Source of the DNA: Raillietiella orientalis
Lineage: Eukaryota
Direction of reading: 5' to 3'
Length of the DNA: 64,000 bases
Assembly: GCA_036172245.1 (NCBI GenBank)
Contig: JAYWIR010000027.1
Span: 1,674,001-1,738,000, forward strand
A model generated the notes under the pieces. That model worked only from the letters and a program-made list of their open reading frames with translations, was not told where the DNA came from and made no database searches. Numbering within the stretch: the stretch's first letter is position 1; every line of letters begins with the position of its first letter. The position numbers and the translations under genes were made by a program. Shown here in pieces: positions 24,301 to 36,900 of the stretch.

Positions 24301-25530
24301 AAACTTTGATTTTTAAATTGGTAAGTAAGAATAAGTCACGAACCCTAGATGAAGATTCGCAAGCTGTTCCACTGGAAGAGGATGTGCTTGCCAAGGAACC
24401 ATATGAATCCTGGTTAAAGTTGAGAGATCAAAAAGCTGGAGAAGAGATGATGCGTTCCTACGTCTGGTGGGTAATAAACAGTCTTTCAAATACCTTAATG
24501 GTAGGAATGACAATCAACTACATTAAAAAACAAAAACAAAAACGGGAAGGCATACCGAGCCAAAGGTACTCAAATTACTTAGTGATTCATGACTCAAAGT
24601 TAAATTCATTCTGAATATGCACTTGTGCACGTTATATTTATGAATGGCATCATTCAGCTTTAGGAATCTACGCTTACAACTCGCTCTAAACATGCCTGAT
24701 TCCTGACAACAGCTTTGCTCTGAATTTATCCTCAATAAAACGAACTAGCAAATGATTAGAACTCAGGAAAAGATTCTTGTTCTTATGCATTTTTGCCTCA
24801 TTCCGAACTGATGACATTAGAGCTTGCAATCCGGAGAACTCTCAAACCATCTTTCAGCGTATCCTCAAATCTGTCATCTAGCACTGAAATTAACTACATG
24901 ACTAGCGCTGAAATTAAATAAATGACTAGCGCTGAAATTAAATAAAGTATTGGAGGGGGGCGGAGGTGGTCTAGCTCAGAAAAGCAGGGGTATCATATCA
25001 CAAGATATCAAAGATATCGTAAGATACTTGATGCGAAGTGTCCAGAGGTTCGCACTGTAAAAGAAATGGCAGGTTGCTATTGAAAAATCGAGACCAAAAT
25101 TTACTCGCACTTATTGAACACTGTTTGCATACCGATCAGCAAAATGCAATTGCTTTTGCTTGTTCCGAACCTCATTCCGAAGTAGTAAATTCTGCACAGT
25201 ACGTGGAACCGATTGGAACGCGAGTGCTTTTGCATGAACTTCATTTTCGAAAAAACCATACATGGAGTAAACACAAAAAAGATCGGCGGCTAATGAGAAG
25301 AGTAATTGTACGGTTCGAGTTGCAGCTTGTAAAAAATTTCGTACGTAGTTTTTTGATCATGACAACTGTGCTTGCAGGGTTGCTACGCGTGCAACCGGCA
25401 GCTTGAGAAATGAGTGCGAATAACGTGAAAGAACAAAAGGTTTGCGATTTGTTTCCCTTGAAAAGTTACTCTGTAATTTTTTTTGTTCCTCCGAAGAACG
25501 TAGAAATGTGGAAACCGTAACTCACCTGTT
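21340..25530 (-). other. Putative poorly conserved multi-exon transcript on the minus strand, divergent from GTF2H2; product not recognised
   Basis: Repeated minus-strand GTRAG donors (seen on + as cttac/ctcac) near 21866, 22148, 22284, 22312, 22641, 23138, 23260, 23476, 23915 and 25525, with short exon-like segments. Candidate terminal peptide NFHRCGICSAARGLILFCLGNFGPLEFIRKRAVREEWKASALHLTRHLELAFLSALEVSRKFGSHSDPWLAR*. I could not assemble a single consistent frame. Confidence 0.3.
24878..24947. repeat. Minisatellite, 24-bp unit x about 3
   Basis: ctagcactgaaattaactacatga / ctagcgctgaaattaaataaatga / ctagcgctgaaattaaataaag. Confidence 0.9.
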
Positions 25531-25823
25531 TATCGATTGTCAGCACTGGTGAAACTAATTAGCTTTACAGAACATGTGCATGGCATAGCTTGTTGAGTGA
25601 ATGTAGTGTTCATTAGAGTTATTTGGTAACGGATGCTTAGTATATTTTAACGGAATTGCCCAGGGATGACATAAGAATGAAATAGGAAGAATAATTATGT
25701 GCTTATTAAAAGAATCTGGAATTTAAAACCAGTATCATGGGACAAGTTTCGGTATATACGTTGGTTTGGCCTTTTTAACCGACTGTTCGATAGTGCAATT
25801 TTGATTTCCCATGAAAACGCACC

Positions 25824-27269
25824 ATGATTGAAGACGATGAAAAAGAGTACAGGTGGGAGTCTGGATATGAAAAGACCTGGTAATATGAACATTCCTGAGT
25901 TCCAAATAATCAGTTATTAATAGGGAAAAGCTACAAGAAAATGCTGAAGGACTTCTGGAACCTTCAGTTTTGGAGATTATTCAGAAATCTAAAAGAAAAC
26001 GGCTAGAAAGTCGTCACATAAAGAAGCCTTTGGGCATGATGAGACACATATATGTTGTTGTTGATCATTCTGAAGCTATGTATGAAATAGATATCAAACC
26101 TAGTCGGTTAGCATATTTTTAAATTGTATTACTGGAAAAGACTTTCATGATAGGCATTTATGCACTTTGAAACTTTTGGAAGAATTTGTGAATAGTTTTT
26201 TTGATCAAAATCCCATTGGCCAGTTAGGTTTTATTATCATGAGAAATAAGGTAGCAGAACAAATTAGTGAGATGAATGGAAATTACAGATATCACATAGA
26301 GGTAAATACATTATTCAGAGAATTTGGATATTTTCCATAATTTCCAGACACTTAAAAAACAGCAGGATGCTGTTTGTTCTGGAGAAGCTTCCTTGCAAAA
26401 TGCTTTAGAAATGGCATTTTCTACCCTCCAGCATTTACCACTTTATGCAAGCAGGGAAGTTTTGATCATTTTGGGTAGTTTGACATCATGTGATCCTGGA
26501 GATATCCATAAAACTATTGAGGTAATGAGCACATTTTTGACACTGTTTGTATTTAACATCCCTTAGAAACTGAGGTCCAAAAAAATTAGGTGCTCTATAA
26601 TTGGCCTAGCTGCAGAAGTGAAACTCTGTCGCAGTCTGTGCCAGCTGACATCTGGCACTTACTCTGTGGTGCTAGATGAACACCATTTTCAAGAATTACT
26701 AAAACAGCAGCTAGATCCTCCACCCATAGAGGGACCTCTGAATTCTTCTCTGATGAAAATGGGTTTTCCTCGCAATGTTGACCACAGTGCTCCAGGAAAT
26801 TGTTTTGCCATGTGCATGTGGTAAACTAGAAGATTTATGATTTGTAATTGATAAAATCTTCCTAGTCATTTAAGTGATGGAGAGAGAGCTCGACCAGGAA
26901 ACTTCTTGTGCCCTCAATGCAATTCTCACTATTGTGAACTCCCTGTTGAATGCAGAGTGTGTGGACTAACTTTGGTCTCAGCAATACATTTAGCAAGAGC
27001 TTATCAACATCTGTTCCCTCTTCCTCCTTTCAAGGAATTGTCTTCATTATCTGGAGATAACCACTGTATTAGTTGCTTTCTCACCTTGAAAGAAGTAAGT
27101 AACATTATCTTACAGTGATTTACAAAAAGGTACATAGCAAGCCTACATTTGTCAGATGTGCCAGCAACTCTTTTGTTTGGATTGTGACTTGTACATTCAT
27201 GAGCATTTGCATGTCTGTCCAGGCTGCACTAGCCAGAAACCAAAAAATCAATCAGAAGCATCAAATTAA
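25824..27269 (+). CDS. GTF2H2: General transcription factor IIH subunit 2 (p44/Ssl1), complete, 7 exons, 391 aa
   Basis: Exons 25824-25879, 25924-26106, 26154-26301, 26348-26521, 26567-26820, 26866-27094 and 27138-27269 (1176 nt, GT-AG introns, frame intact). Motifs: EYRWESGYEKTWE; LGMMRH; FFDQNPIGQLG; GEASLQNALE; SREVLIILGSLTSCDPGDI (vWA/Ssl1 domain); CPQC..CELPVECRVCGLTLVS..HLARAYQHLFP (C4 finger); CQMCQQLFCLDCDLYIHEHLHVCPGC (RING-like). Confidence 0.97.
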
Positions 27270-27420
27270 ATCTTCAACACCCAAAATTTCTTGTTAGGTA
27301 GTAGCATATGGGTGTATACAGCACTAAATTTCAACTATATTATAGGCAAAAATGGGAACGGTAAATCCTCTTGTTTAGAATATTAAGAGCCTTAATCATT
27401 TATTATGCAACTCAGGATGC

Positions 27421-27426
27421 AATAAA
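27421..27426 (+). terminator. Candidate polyadenylation signal of GTF2H2
   Basis: AATAAA about 150 nt after the stop codon. Confidence 0.55.
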
Positions 27427-27949
27427 CTTTGTCAAATTCATGATGATGAATCGTGGCCAAAGAATCACAGGGTTCGAATCTGAATAGATATATTTCTCAT
27501 CACAAAACTTACCAATATTGCCAAAAGCTATGTAACAGATATTAACAAATTCATCCGTCCTGCACAATGCAATAGTGCACAATTATTTTATGAAACACGG
27601 ATAAGTGCAATTGTTTCCATTGTGCAAGGTCCTTTTGTTCTGCAATCAGCTTTTTTTGGTACAATTAGCAAGTATGAATACCCCACTAGAAATATGCAAA
27701 CAATTACAATTTGGTAATTTGGAAAATTTAATTGTAAAATTTGTGATCCCTGTTTTGTTTTATGAACCTTAAATTTTGAACTTTTATGGCAGGATGTCAA
27801 TTTTGACTCATTAATTGTTGTTTCTGTACCTTAAAAAAAAAATCCCAGTCTGCCATTCATTGCATTTAATTAGAGCCATTTCTGACTATCACAAAGTTGT
27901 TCATGAAAGTACTTCATAAGAAAATTATGGAAGGCATGATTGATAATAG

Positions 27950-30260
27950 CTTTGTTTAGATTACATAAATGATCCAACTCACTTCAGTGTAGTTTTTCAT
28001 GGTTTTAAATACAGTTCACCAAAATTTGTCATCTTGTATGGAATAGCAAGTTTTGTTACTACACCAAATAATGGAAACGGTTTCATTATATAAATGATTT
28101 ACCTTGAAAGCTCCCAGTTAATTAAATCTTCAAGGGGAAAAATGGCTATTTGATAAGATCATGGAAAATATGAAGAATTACAATGGCAAGTTATGATAAC
28201 AGTTTGTGCAAAGAAAAATGAAGAGTGTAATGTCATGAGTTTCCTTGAGTTAATATTTTCTGGGATTTAGTTGGGATGCTGACAATGAGTAGAGTTCTTC
28301 CATCTGGTGAATCAGGAGGTTCTTTAAAACCACTTGCAATTAAAACTGAATCCAAGGAAGATGAAGAATTAATGAACAAGACTGTTTTCGAGGATGATGA
28401 TTACATATTTATTTCATTGGATGCATCTGATGAAGATGAATTTCAAAAAGTAAATTTTAAAAAAAAACGAAGATTCTTCGTGGAATCCTACAGTTCCTGT
28501 GCATGTGCAGTCCATAAATGAATGCCCACAGTGCTGTGCTTGCAGACCTTATGTAACCGCACTTAATTTAATGTTTTGAAATCAAGGAGTATTGTGGCAC
28601 ATGATTGAAAGTTCATGTACCTAGATCTCAAAGTTGATTTTCCAACAACAAACTAATGGACAGGTTGTGCACTTTTGCTTCTCAGCCTTTTGGCTAAGAT
28701 CAAAGTGCACTTTTGCTTGTGCATGCATTATGTGATATATTTTTGATACAGGTAATTTTCACTTCACAGCTAAGGGCATGTTGCACATAACTTTAAAAGG
28801 TGTTCCTCTTTAAGTTTCATTGGATTATTTTCAAGCATGCTTTTCAAGAATACTAGCAAGCACCTGGAGGCCACTGTGGAAGGAGGTTTATTATACATAC
28901 GTATGTTTCCGCAATTTTCCAAAACAAATGGGCAGGTTATATTATTGTTATTTTTCTTTATCATTGAAATGAAATGCCGAATCATCCCCGTCATTGATAG
29001 CCTTGTGTCTTCCACATCCAACGGATCACTGGCAGCAGTTCCTACACCACCAGAAAGGTCAGGTGCATTGCTTGCATGGTGTAAGCCGGAAGTGAATTCT
29101 CATTTGGGTCTGAGGCCATGGCAGTTTCTTGTTTCTCGTGTTCACTGCCCCGCGTGGGTTTAACATCAAGGAAACTTGGATCTATTTCATCCTTGTTACG
29201 AGTTCAATTTATGAAGAGTACACTCTCGCTTTTCTCAATTTTCGTGTATTCGATGAGTGAGTGTTTTGAATTCAAACTTTTTCGCCCTGCGATTTGTATT
29301 GCATTAGTTGTGTTCGTTTCACTCGTTTATTTTCCTTTTTTGCCCATATTCTGGTGATTTTACGTGACCGGATCGGTGGCTTTTGGCTTTCGTAATAAAG
29401 AGGAGCCTTTCTTCAACAAACCCACTATTAAATTGAAGCAATTTCCTCCGGCCCACCTGTACACTGTGCACCAGTGTACACGCACGAGAAAGTGGCGAAA
29501 GAAGGGTGCGAATAATCCTAAGTGTTCAAAACCAACAGCCACCATCGATATAGGTTTTGTACACTCAGGTGAAACTCCCCAAAACTTCTACGTTGGCTTG
29601 CATCGTCGCCAAATTGCTTACTTCGGAGTTTGTGCGGTGCACCATATGGAAGATCCCAATAGTTTTGTCTTCCAGTTCTGAGCCAAAAAGGGAATGGAAG
29701 TTGCAAGCACCAACTGTAAGGCTAAGTAATTTGGGAGAGAGGTTACAAAATACCAGGAAGAGTATAAACGCAGGAAACCAATAAAGTGTTAGATCCAAAA
29801 AAAAGGTTTTTATAATGGCATGGAGGCTGCAAGCAGTTGCCAGGTTTGTCAACAGAGCAGCTATCGTCTCAGCAAAGAGGCTCGACTTGACTCGTGCTGT
29901 CGTAAATGTTTAAAGGTGTTTTAGAAAAGCATGCTCAGTGGAAAAAGGTGAGCAGTTTCGCATGGCCCTGTCTCTAAAATGGGATACCGAGTCTGACTTC
30001 GTCCCCAAATTTCCTAATGTTTTACCCTTCTGAAATGGAGTCTTCATATGGAATGAATTGAAAGTCCCACTAAAACACCTTTAAACAGTTAAATACTGGT
30101 ATAAGAACTAGAGGGATATGAAGCAGGCTTGCCTGCTTCTGTTCAAGCATCATCTTAAAGAGAAAGAGAAAAAGGGGTCTTCGTCCCCAGTGTTTAAGAT
30201 CTCAGTGTCCAAGGTTGATGCTTTCATCATTTGGGGGCTTCGAAAATGTTAGGAACGTGG
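27950..30260. pseudogene. Decayed coding-like sequence of unknown origin (stop-interrupted frames on both strands)
   Basis: Minus 29350-28770: MGKKGK*TSETN...DPLDVEDTRLSMTGMIRHFISMIKKN...LLKLCATCP. Plus 29810-30250: CQVCQQ..CCRKCLKVF*..EQFRMALSLKWDTESDFVPKFPNVLPF*NGVFIWNELKVP. No family recognised. Confidence 0.25.
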
Positions 30261-30764
30261 AAATTATCAAAGAAAATTAATCTGAAATACCAAACTTCTG
30301 ATTTTATAATGAGATTCACTCTTTTGAAAAAGTTAATACTCGAAAGTTAAACTCGCTGTTTTGATATAAGTGTTTTGGGACAGATGAATGCAAGTTGTTT
30401 TCCTAGAGAACATTTTCATGTGATTTCTGTTCTAACCCTGGAGGGACACGGAAGGACACTGAGAAGGTAAAGGAGGACTGAAAGAGGATATTGCTCTCGC
30501 TTGTAGCACATTGTGCGAACCTTTTTTCCATAGTCGTGGACCATCTCTTGAGTAACGACCGATGACATGCTGTCCTGGTCGATGTCTAATAAAAAAACCC
30601 TTAATTTCCCCCAAATTCTTTGCTCCTTTTGGGGGGGGGGGGTTCGCTCTCATACCCCTTGTTCCCTTTTCAGATCGCTGTTACTTCATCCCTTCCAGAG
30701 TCTCTTAAGCTCCAGAGTCTTTTAAGCTCTGGTAACCAACAACAACGAGTGTCGTATTCATTTT

Positions 30765-30870
30765 CTTCCTGTCCAGGAACTCATGGGATTCTTATGCAAC
30801 TCGGGCTCCAGGACAGCGGGAAAGTTAGTGGAAGGCATACGTGACAGGACGCTCATGAAGATGCATGTTC
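30765..30870 (+). repeat. Dispersed direct repeat, copy 1 (copy 2 at 32072-32164)
   Basis: Exact 32-nt core caactcgggctccaggacagcgggaaagttag at 30797-30828 and 32104-32135, with similar flanks (ctgtccagga...tgggattctt; gacgctcatg). Confidence 0.9.
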
Positions 30871-32071
30871 CGTTTATCCCGACTTTCAGATAATACCGAA
30901 AGGTGGAAAGCCGTTTCCGAGTCGGCATACTAGAAGCGCACGCTCTGTCAGATCATTTTCTTTATCACCAGCTGAAAGCTGCGGGAAGAGGAGACGTACC
31001 GAAGCTGTGGTCTGAACATGCTCACGCTTCTCTCTTCTTTTCTCTGTTCTGGAAGGTGGGGTGTGTACCCAAGGCTATTGGGCTGGAGGAGTTGCGCTGC
31101 CTTGTTCATTGGATCAGGAATATCTGCGAGCACAGGCGAGGGACCGGCTGCCTTCGAAAAAATCATCACCGGACTTCCAGAAGGGCACGAGTATCCGCAA
31201 AGGTTCGAAGAGAGAAGATGCTCTCGTTCGCCCCCACTGGAGTGCCTGTCGCAGTAGAAGGGCAAGAGGGCCAGGTACCGTCGAATACTGCACTGTCGTC
31301 GCCCCTGTTAGCGCTATTCCGTTTGCCGACGGGAGAAAAGCGACGCTCTCAAAGGTGCACGAAGCAGAACGGAATAATCTAATAGATGGCATGAAGAAAG
31401 AATTACTACTACGACTGAGGTGTGGCTGCTCATGCCTGAACCGGAGAGAGGCGTTCTCATCCTCCCTCCAGTCCCGTGAAGTCACTTCGGGGTCGTCTCC
31501 ATTCCATACATTAGTGAGGCAGCATCCGAGGATTGGAAGAGATGCTCTTGAAGGAAGCGGGGTGTCCTTTGCGCTCTCTGGTTTGCGATGGGGTAGCTCC
31601 ATTTCGAGATAAGGAGGATGCTGATTTCGCCTAGTTTGGACCTTCTTCTAAGCCGGAATCTGCGGACGAGTAGGCAGTTAGTTGGTCCTTTACTCGGCCG
31701 TTGACCTTTTTTTCCTCTCCCCCATGATCCCTCTCACAGGTCTCTTCTTACGTTCTTAAACCCTTTGCCCCTTTTTATTTTCCTTTCTCCTGCATCTGAG
31801 CGACGCCGTTGCGCCCATCTCCAGTGCATCTCTATTTTCCGGTCTCCCAAAACGCTGTTTCCCCACTGCATGGGCTCCTTCTCTCCTCACACTCCCCACG
31901 AACCCCTCTAGTGCCCTGCAAGTTGATGGCAACGCATGCAAAGATGGTGGGCTTCCTACTGTAGTTCAGATTCCCTGCCGTTTGCTTGGGGATCTCTCTT
32001 CTTGTCGATTTGTTTCAAATTTGCCTGTGGGCTGGTGGAAGAAGAATCACCCTCTTCCTTATCCTTTCGTT

Positions 32072-32164
32072 CTTTCTGTCCAGGAGCTCTTGGGATTCTT
32101 TTACAACTCGGGCTCCAGGACAGCGGGAAAGTTAGCGACACGACGCTCATGGAGGTGCACGTTC
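32072..32164 (+). repeat. Dispersed direct repeat, copy 2
   Basis: See copy 1; this copy lacks a short internal segment (tggaaggcatacg region). Confidence 0.9.
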
Positions 32165-32499
32165 TCCTACGCTTCTCTCGTCTTTGCAAAGCAGGACTGT
32201 TACTCCACATCTACTTGCAACATCTCAGAAGTCAAAACGCTCTCGCCTTTGGTTCAAAGATTTCGTTTTCCATCCTAAGCTACAAAGCTTAATGGTTTAC
32301 AGTGTTCCGATAGCTTGGAAATCATTAGGTGATGGTTTACCTCACGTCTTTTTTCAGATTGTTTACAGGGAATGATTCTGAAAATTTGTTCTGAGAAAGC
32401 CTCACGTGCACTTGAAGGATAATTTCTAGGATCTTTCTTGAGATCTCTCAAAGTCGATTTTGCATTATGTCATAACAATGTTCACCTTAATTCGAACTA

Positions 32500-32817
32500 C
32501 AGTTAATTAGATGTATAGTTTGCTTTCTTTTTCTTCCTCCCCCCCCCACCCCGTCTCCCAAATTGAAAATTTTGGAATTCCCAGAAATGGCATCCGACGT
32601 AGGCTTTTATGCACAGTGTCGGTTCGTGTCCACCGCCTGGGCAAAAGGTGTTTTCCTCGCTTGTTATACTGTGTCGGTCCAACTGCATTCCCATTCTTAT
32701 TCTTATTATTTTGTTGTTGTTGTTGTCTTTCGAGGTGCTCCCTGCTTGGAATGGAGCGCGTCTCTTCGTCCGGGGGGTGCTTTCCCCCCCATCTGGGGAG
32801 CCCCGGCGTAGGCGGTG

Positions 32818-32860
<43 letters not shown>

Positions 32861-33990
32861 CGGTCGAAGTGTTTCCGTGTCCGCGAGCACGCAGAAATGC
32901 CTGCGCCCGTTGGACTGGCAACAAGTCTGTTCCGTCAGTGTGTCGCATGAGTGTTCATGGCTAGTGAGTGAGTTGGAGTTGAGTCATGCTCGTCAGCGTA
33001 ATGAGCCGGGATCCCTCGTCTCCCTGCTAAAGTAATGCACCTCACGAAACATGGAGTTGTCTGCAGCGACGGAATGTAGCCGTGCCACACTCTGCCAGTA
33101 GTAGAAAGCTTCTTACCCCCGTTTGCAGGGTATGTGCTAGGATTTACCGAGCAAGATTTTTCGTAGTGAAGTTCATGTATTCGTCGAAATACATGCAAGT
33201 GAAGGCCTATGTCCCTAATTGAATGTAAGTTCAGAGCTTCGAGGTTGCTACTTTTTACTTTTGAATATCTAGCTGACATTCAATCGTGGTGGGAAGTGCC
33301 GAGCATTGCACATTTCTGTTCTCTTTTTCGATCCGCTTTCAATTTACCGGACTTTGATATCGAGGTAAGTAGCCTTCTCGTTTTTGTTTTTGTTCTCTCT
33401 CTTTTTGTGTGTGTGTGTGTGATGAAATTTAAACCAAGTTGTTGTCGTGTTTTATGTTTTCCATAACAATTCTGAGAAAAAGTTTCTGTTTGCGGAGGAT
33501 CATTCTCCACATGGCTGCATCTTGTGGATTATTAACGTAATGCTCGTTCCGTTGGGTGTGCACACGGCCCCTTTTTCGCGTGGGTTACTATAAACTGTTG
33601 AGAAAACAGTAAGAAATCTGATTTGGAAATCTCCCGATTCCGGGAGCGATGAATTGCGTTTCCAAAAGTTCCACAAACACGCATCGGAAACGCGCGTTAT
33701 AACACAGTGCTCCCCCCCCTCCCCGAAGGGGAACAGGTATTGATGCATTTGGTATTTCCCACAATATCCGCGATTTAAAAAAAAAAAAAAAAAAAGTACA
33801 TTTTTGAAGCATGCAAACAGTCGTGTCAGGCGAATTCTATTCTTCTCGATTATTATGCCAAGCAGCGAACTTTTATTTATGAGAAATGACTGTGGAATCT
33901 CGAAATTTGGCCCACCGCCTGATAGAAATGTGTGCTCCCCGTTGATGGCTGCACGATTAACATTTAGACAAGTACCATATTGAGTCCGTA
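32500..33990. promoter_or_regulatory. CpG-retaining promoter/first-intron region of the CECR2-like gene
   Basis: CpG dinucleotides are frequent around exons 1-2 and become scarce after about 34200. Confidence 0.5.
32819..32857. repeat. (CA)n microsatellite, about 19 units
   Basis: Perfect CA run about 100 nt upstream of the proposed CECR2-like start codon. Confidence 0.97.
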
Positions 33991-36900
33991 TGATGTTTTA
34001 TATATTTATTTATTTATTCCCTTCCCCCCTCCCTCAGTCTCACTGCATACATTACATTAATTTTGAATTCAAGTCGGTGGGGGGGGGGAATTACAGTTCA
34101 TGCACAATATTCCGGAATTTTACTAATGAGGCACATGCATTCCTCAATAAAAATATGTTTCATATTATAATTAATGATGAATGCATCAATGTGAAAGGTT
34201 CCTGAAGAGTGATCTTGAGCAATTTTTATTGATTGAATGCAGAAGCTGATCTTCACATAACAAAATTGTCAACCTTATGAGTACAATAGACAGCAAATGT
34301 ACCCATCTGCAGATTATGTTATTTCATCTATAGAGTCACTATTTCCATTTATTATCACAGTCTTGATAAATCTTCAACAATTTAATCTTTCAAATTGAAC
34401 ATCTGTTCTCACTTCAAATTTAAACATCTGTTCTCTCTTCATGTGTTTTGGAATTCATGGAAACATGATGAAACTTTAAAAGACTTAGATATCTTTTGAT
34501 TTCAGGTTATATCGCATGAGTATTTCTTAGTGTTTTCCCTTTGCATGAACGAATTGCTGCAATTTTCAAAAAATTTTGACCAAAAGTGAGAAATAGGCTT
34601 TCAGAAAAGCTTGTTTTCTAAAGATCATATTGTTGTTGGGTTGACAAATTAAAATGTTTAATTCATTTTTAGAAATACAGTAATTACCTTTGTGAATATA
34701 TTCCTGGTGAAATGCAAGGTGTATTGAGGTTACACAGATGGCTCTTGCACCACAGTTAGTTAGTTGGTATAACAGGACTTCTAAAATATTTAATTCTTTA
34801 TGATCACAAGGGAGCATGATTGTGCTCCTTTATACATATTTGTATTATCTTGATACAAAAATCAATCAACTGAGAGCTTTATCGACAAAGATCACAGCAT
34901 TTTAAAGTCTTATATAAAGAAACAACTTAAGGATCTCAAGCTTATGATTTGGAAAGCATGTGGGCATTGAGCAGTGTACAGTGTAGAAATTATACAATCT
35001 TTTTTTTTTTTGTTTTAAGATTAACATGGTATCATTGATGAACAAACTGAAATGATGAATGTTTTTTTGCTTGAGAATTTCTTGTATGTTTTCCATTTGG
35101 TCTTACATCTTTGTGATGCCACCATAGATCAGCTGGTATTTCCTTGGGATGTTTGCCCCAGTTATGGAACTTTCAAAGTCTGCACACACTCAAAACCAAG
35201 CTGTGGTTTTTGTTTTTTGTGCTTTAGGAAAATTTGCAGTGCTCTAATGGCATATTAAGGTTTATTAAATGTTTGTGAAGATTGGGTTTGAGTAAAACAC
35301 ATTTAGAAAGTACTTGTCACTTTTACAAAGCATGCAGCAAATCTGACAAGTTTACTCTGATTAGAATGAGTGTTTGGAAAATGAGGTGAACTGACATAAG
35401 GAAGAACTAAAGTTATAGTTAATTCAAGGAAAAAGCCAATGGTATTTTAAGAGGGAAAAGGGTTAAGAGAATTTTCTCTGCAAATAGTGTTAGCTTCAAA
35501 GTGATTAGGGCCTCATTAGTTGGTTTCATTTGTTTATCTTTGAATGAAGTATGCATGGCTGCATTTCAAACAGCATTTTTTTGAAAAAAATAAAAATAAA
35601 AATAGTTTGCACAGTTTGTGGCTAGCAATACAGGGGAAAAAAACGATACCCAGGTTGAAAATTGTTTTTATTTTAATTGTTGTTTTTGCACAAATCGAGT
35701 TATTCATCTTCCCCATCTTTGGGTGTGTTGTTTTACACAACAACATATCTGTTCAGTTCTTGTAAGTTCACTTTTAATTCCATTACATAAGAGATACAAT
35801 AAAAACCATAAAGTTAGACTGTAGAGTTCTTTTCCTTTTCATAGGAAGAGAATTTTTTTTTCTCCTTTTTTTTTTCTCCTTTTTTTTTTCTTCTTTTTTT
35901 TTTCTTCTTTTTTTTCTTCTTTCTTTTTCCAATGAAGAAGTTTTCCCAAGGAAAGACTTTGTATTTTCTATGAATAGTCTCAGAAACAAGATTATACAAC
36001 CACATAGTGCAAAGGTACTGAGAGTTTTAAAAGTGATTTCCCTTTATATTCAGTGTAGAAGTTCATATGAATGAATGCAATTTGAATTTTCAAATTGCAG
36101 TTTTCTGTAATGTGTAAGTTTGTGCATTCCAACATGTGAAAGAAGTCCAGATTAATATAATAGATAATAAACTCTGGAAGATAATCCAGATGGAATAGAG
36201 TATGAATGTCGAAAGATGTAGAACAAAACTTGAGTAAGAAGCCATTGGATTGTTTGTGGAACCCAACTAATCTTGAAATCAGCAATGCACGAGTGTAATA
36301 TTAAGTATACAATAAGGTAGTGTCTAAAGTGTTATAAGAAAGATATCAGAAAGTTATGGAAAGTAATTGTATCACCTGTGTAGATTGACTCACTGTTATT
36401 CTTCTGATTAGGATTTAGAAGAAGCCCTTCTAACTGATGATGCAGAAGATTCTGGAAATACTCTGCTGAAAGATTTAATAGTAAGGCTTCTACATGGAAT
36501 TCTGAATAATAATGAAATTTCAACATACAATTATCAAATGTATTTGAGAAGAGTGTTGAGAGAAAAATGGGAGGTTAGTAAATGAAAACCATGAATACAG
36601 GGGTGAATCACACTTTTCTTATTGTAGACTTTCTTTTCCTTTCTTTCTTTCTTTTTTCATTTGCTTCTTTTTAAATAAATTATGCTCTTATCAATTTAAT
36701 ATCTATTTCTGTGGTGGCTAGTGTGGTAAGCTCTCTTGATTTTGGTAGAAAAACACAGTCATATTTTCAAATGAAAACTGGAATTGATCTTGAAATGTTT
36801 TGTTTTGTCTACAACGATTTTGTCATAGTTGGTGTCTTTTCTGCAGCATGAGGGTCATAATAATCCATTTGAAAGTGATGTTGATTTCCAATTTTTGCCC

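Noticed and set aside
24297..24614. 105-aa plus-strand ORF starting with ATG
   Set aside because: No recognisable domain or supporting gene structure.
24878..24947. Repeat array considered as CRISPR-like
   Set aside because: Contiguous tandem units with no spacers, in a eukaryotic context with no cas genes.
24965..27482. Isolated tRNA A-box-like (tagctcag, about 24972) and B-box-like (ggttcgaatc, about 27471) words; also gtggctagtgtggtaag at about 36714
   Set aside because: The boxes are not paired at tRNA spacing and no cloverleaf forms; no tRNA or SINE is supported.
34809..34831. Small hairpin ggagca-tgattg-tgctcc in a CECR2-like intron
   Set aside because: Short stem expected by chance; no RNA-family features.
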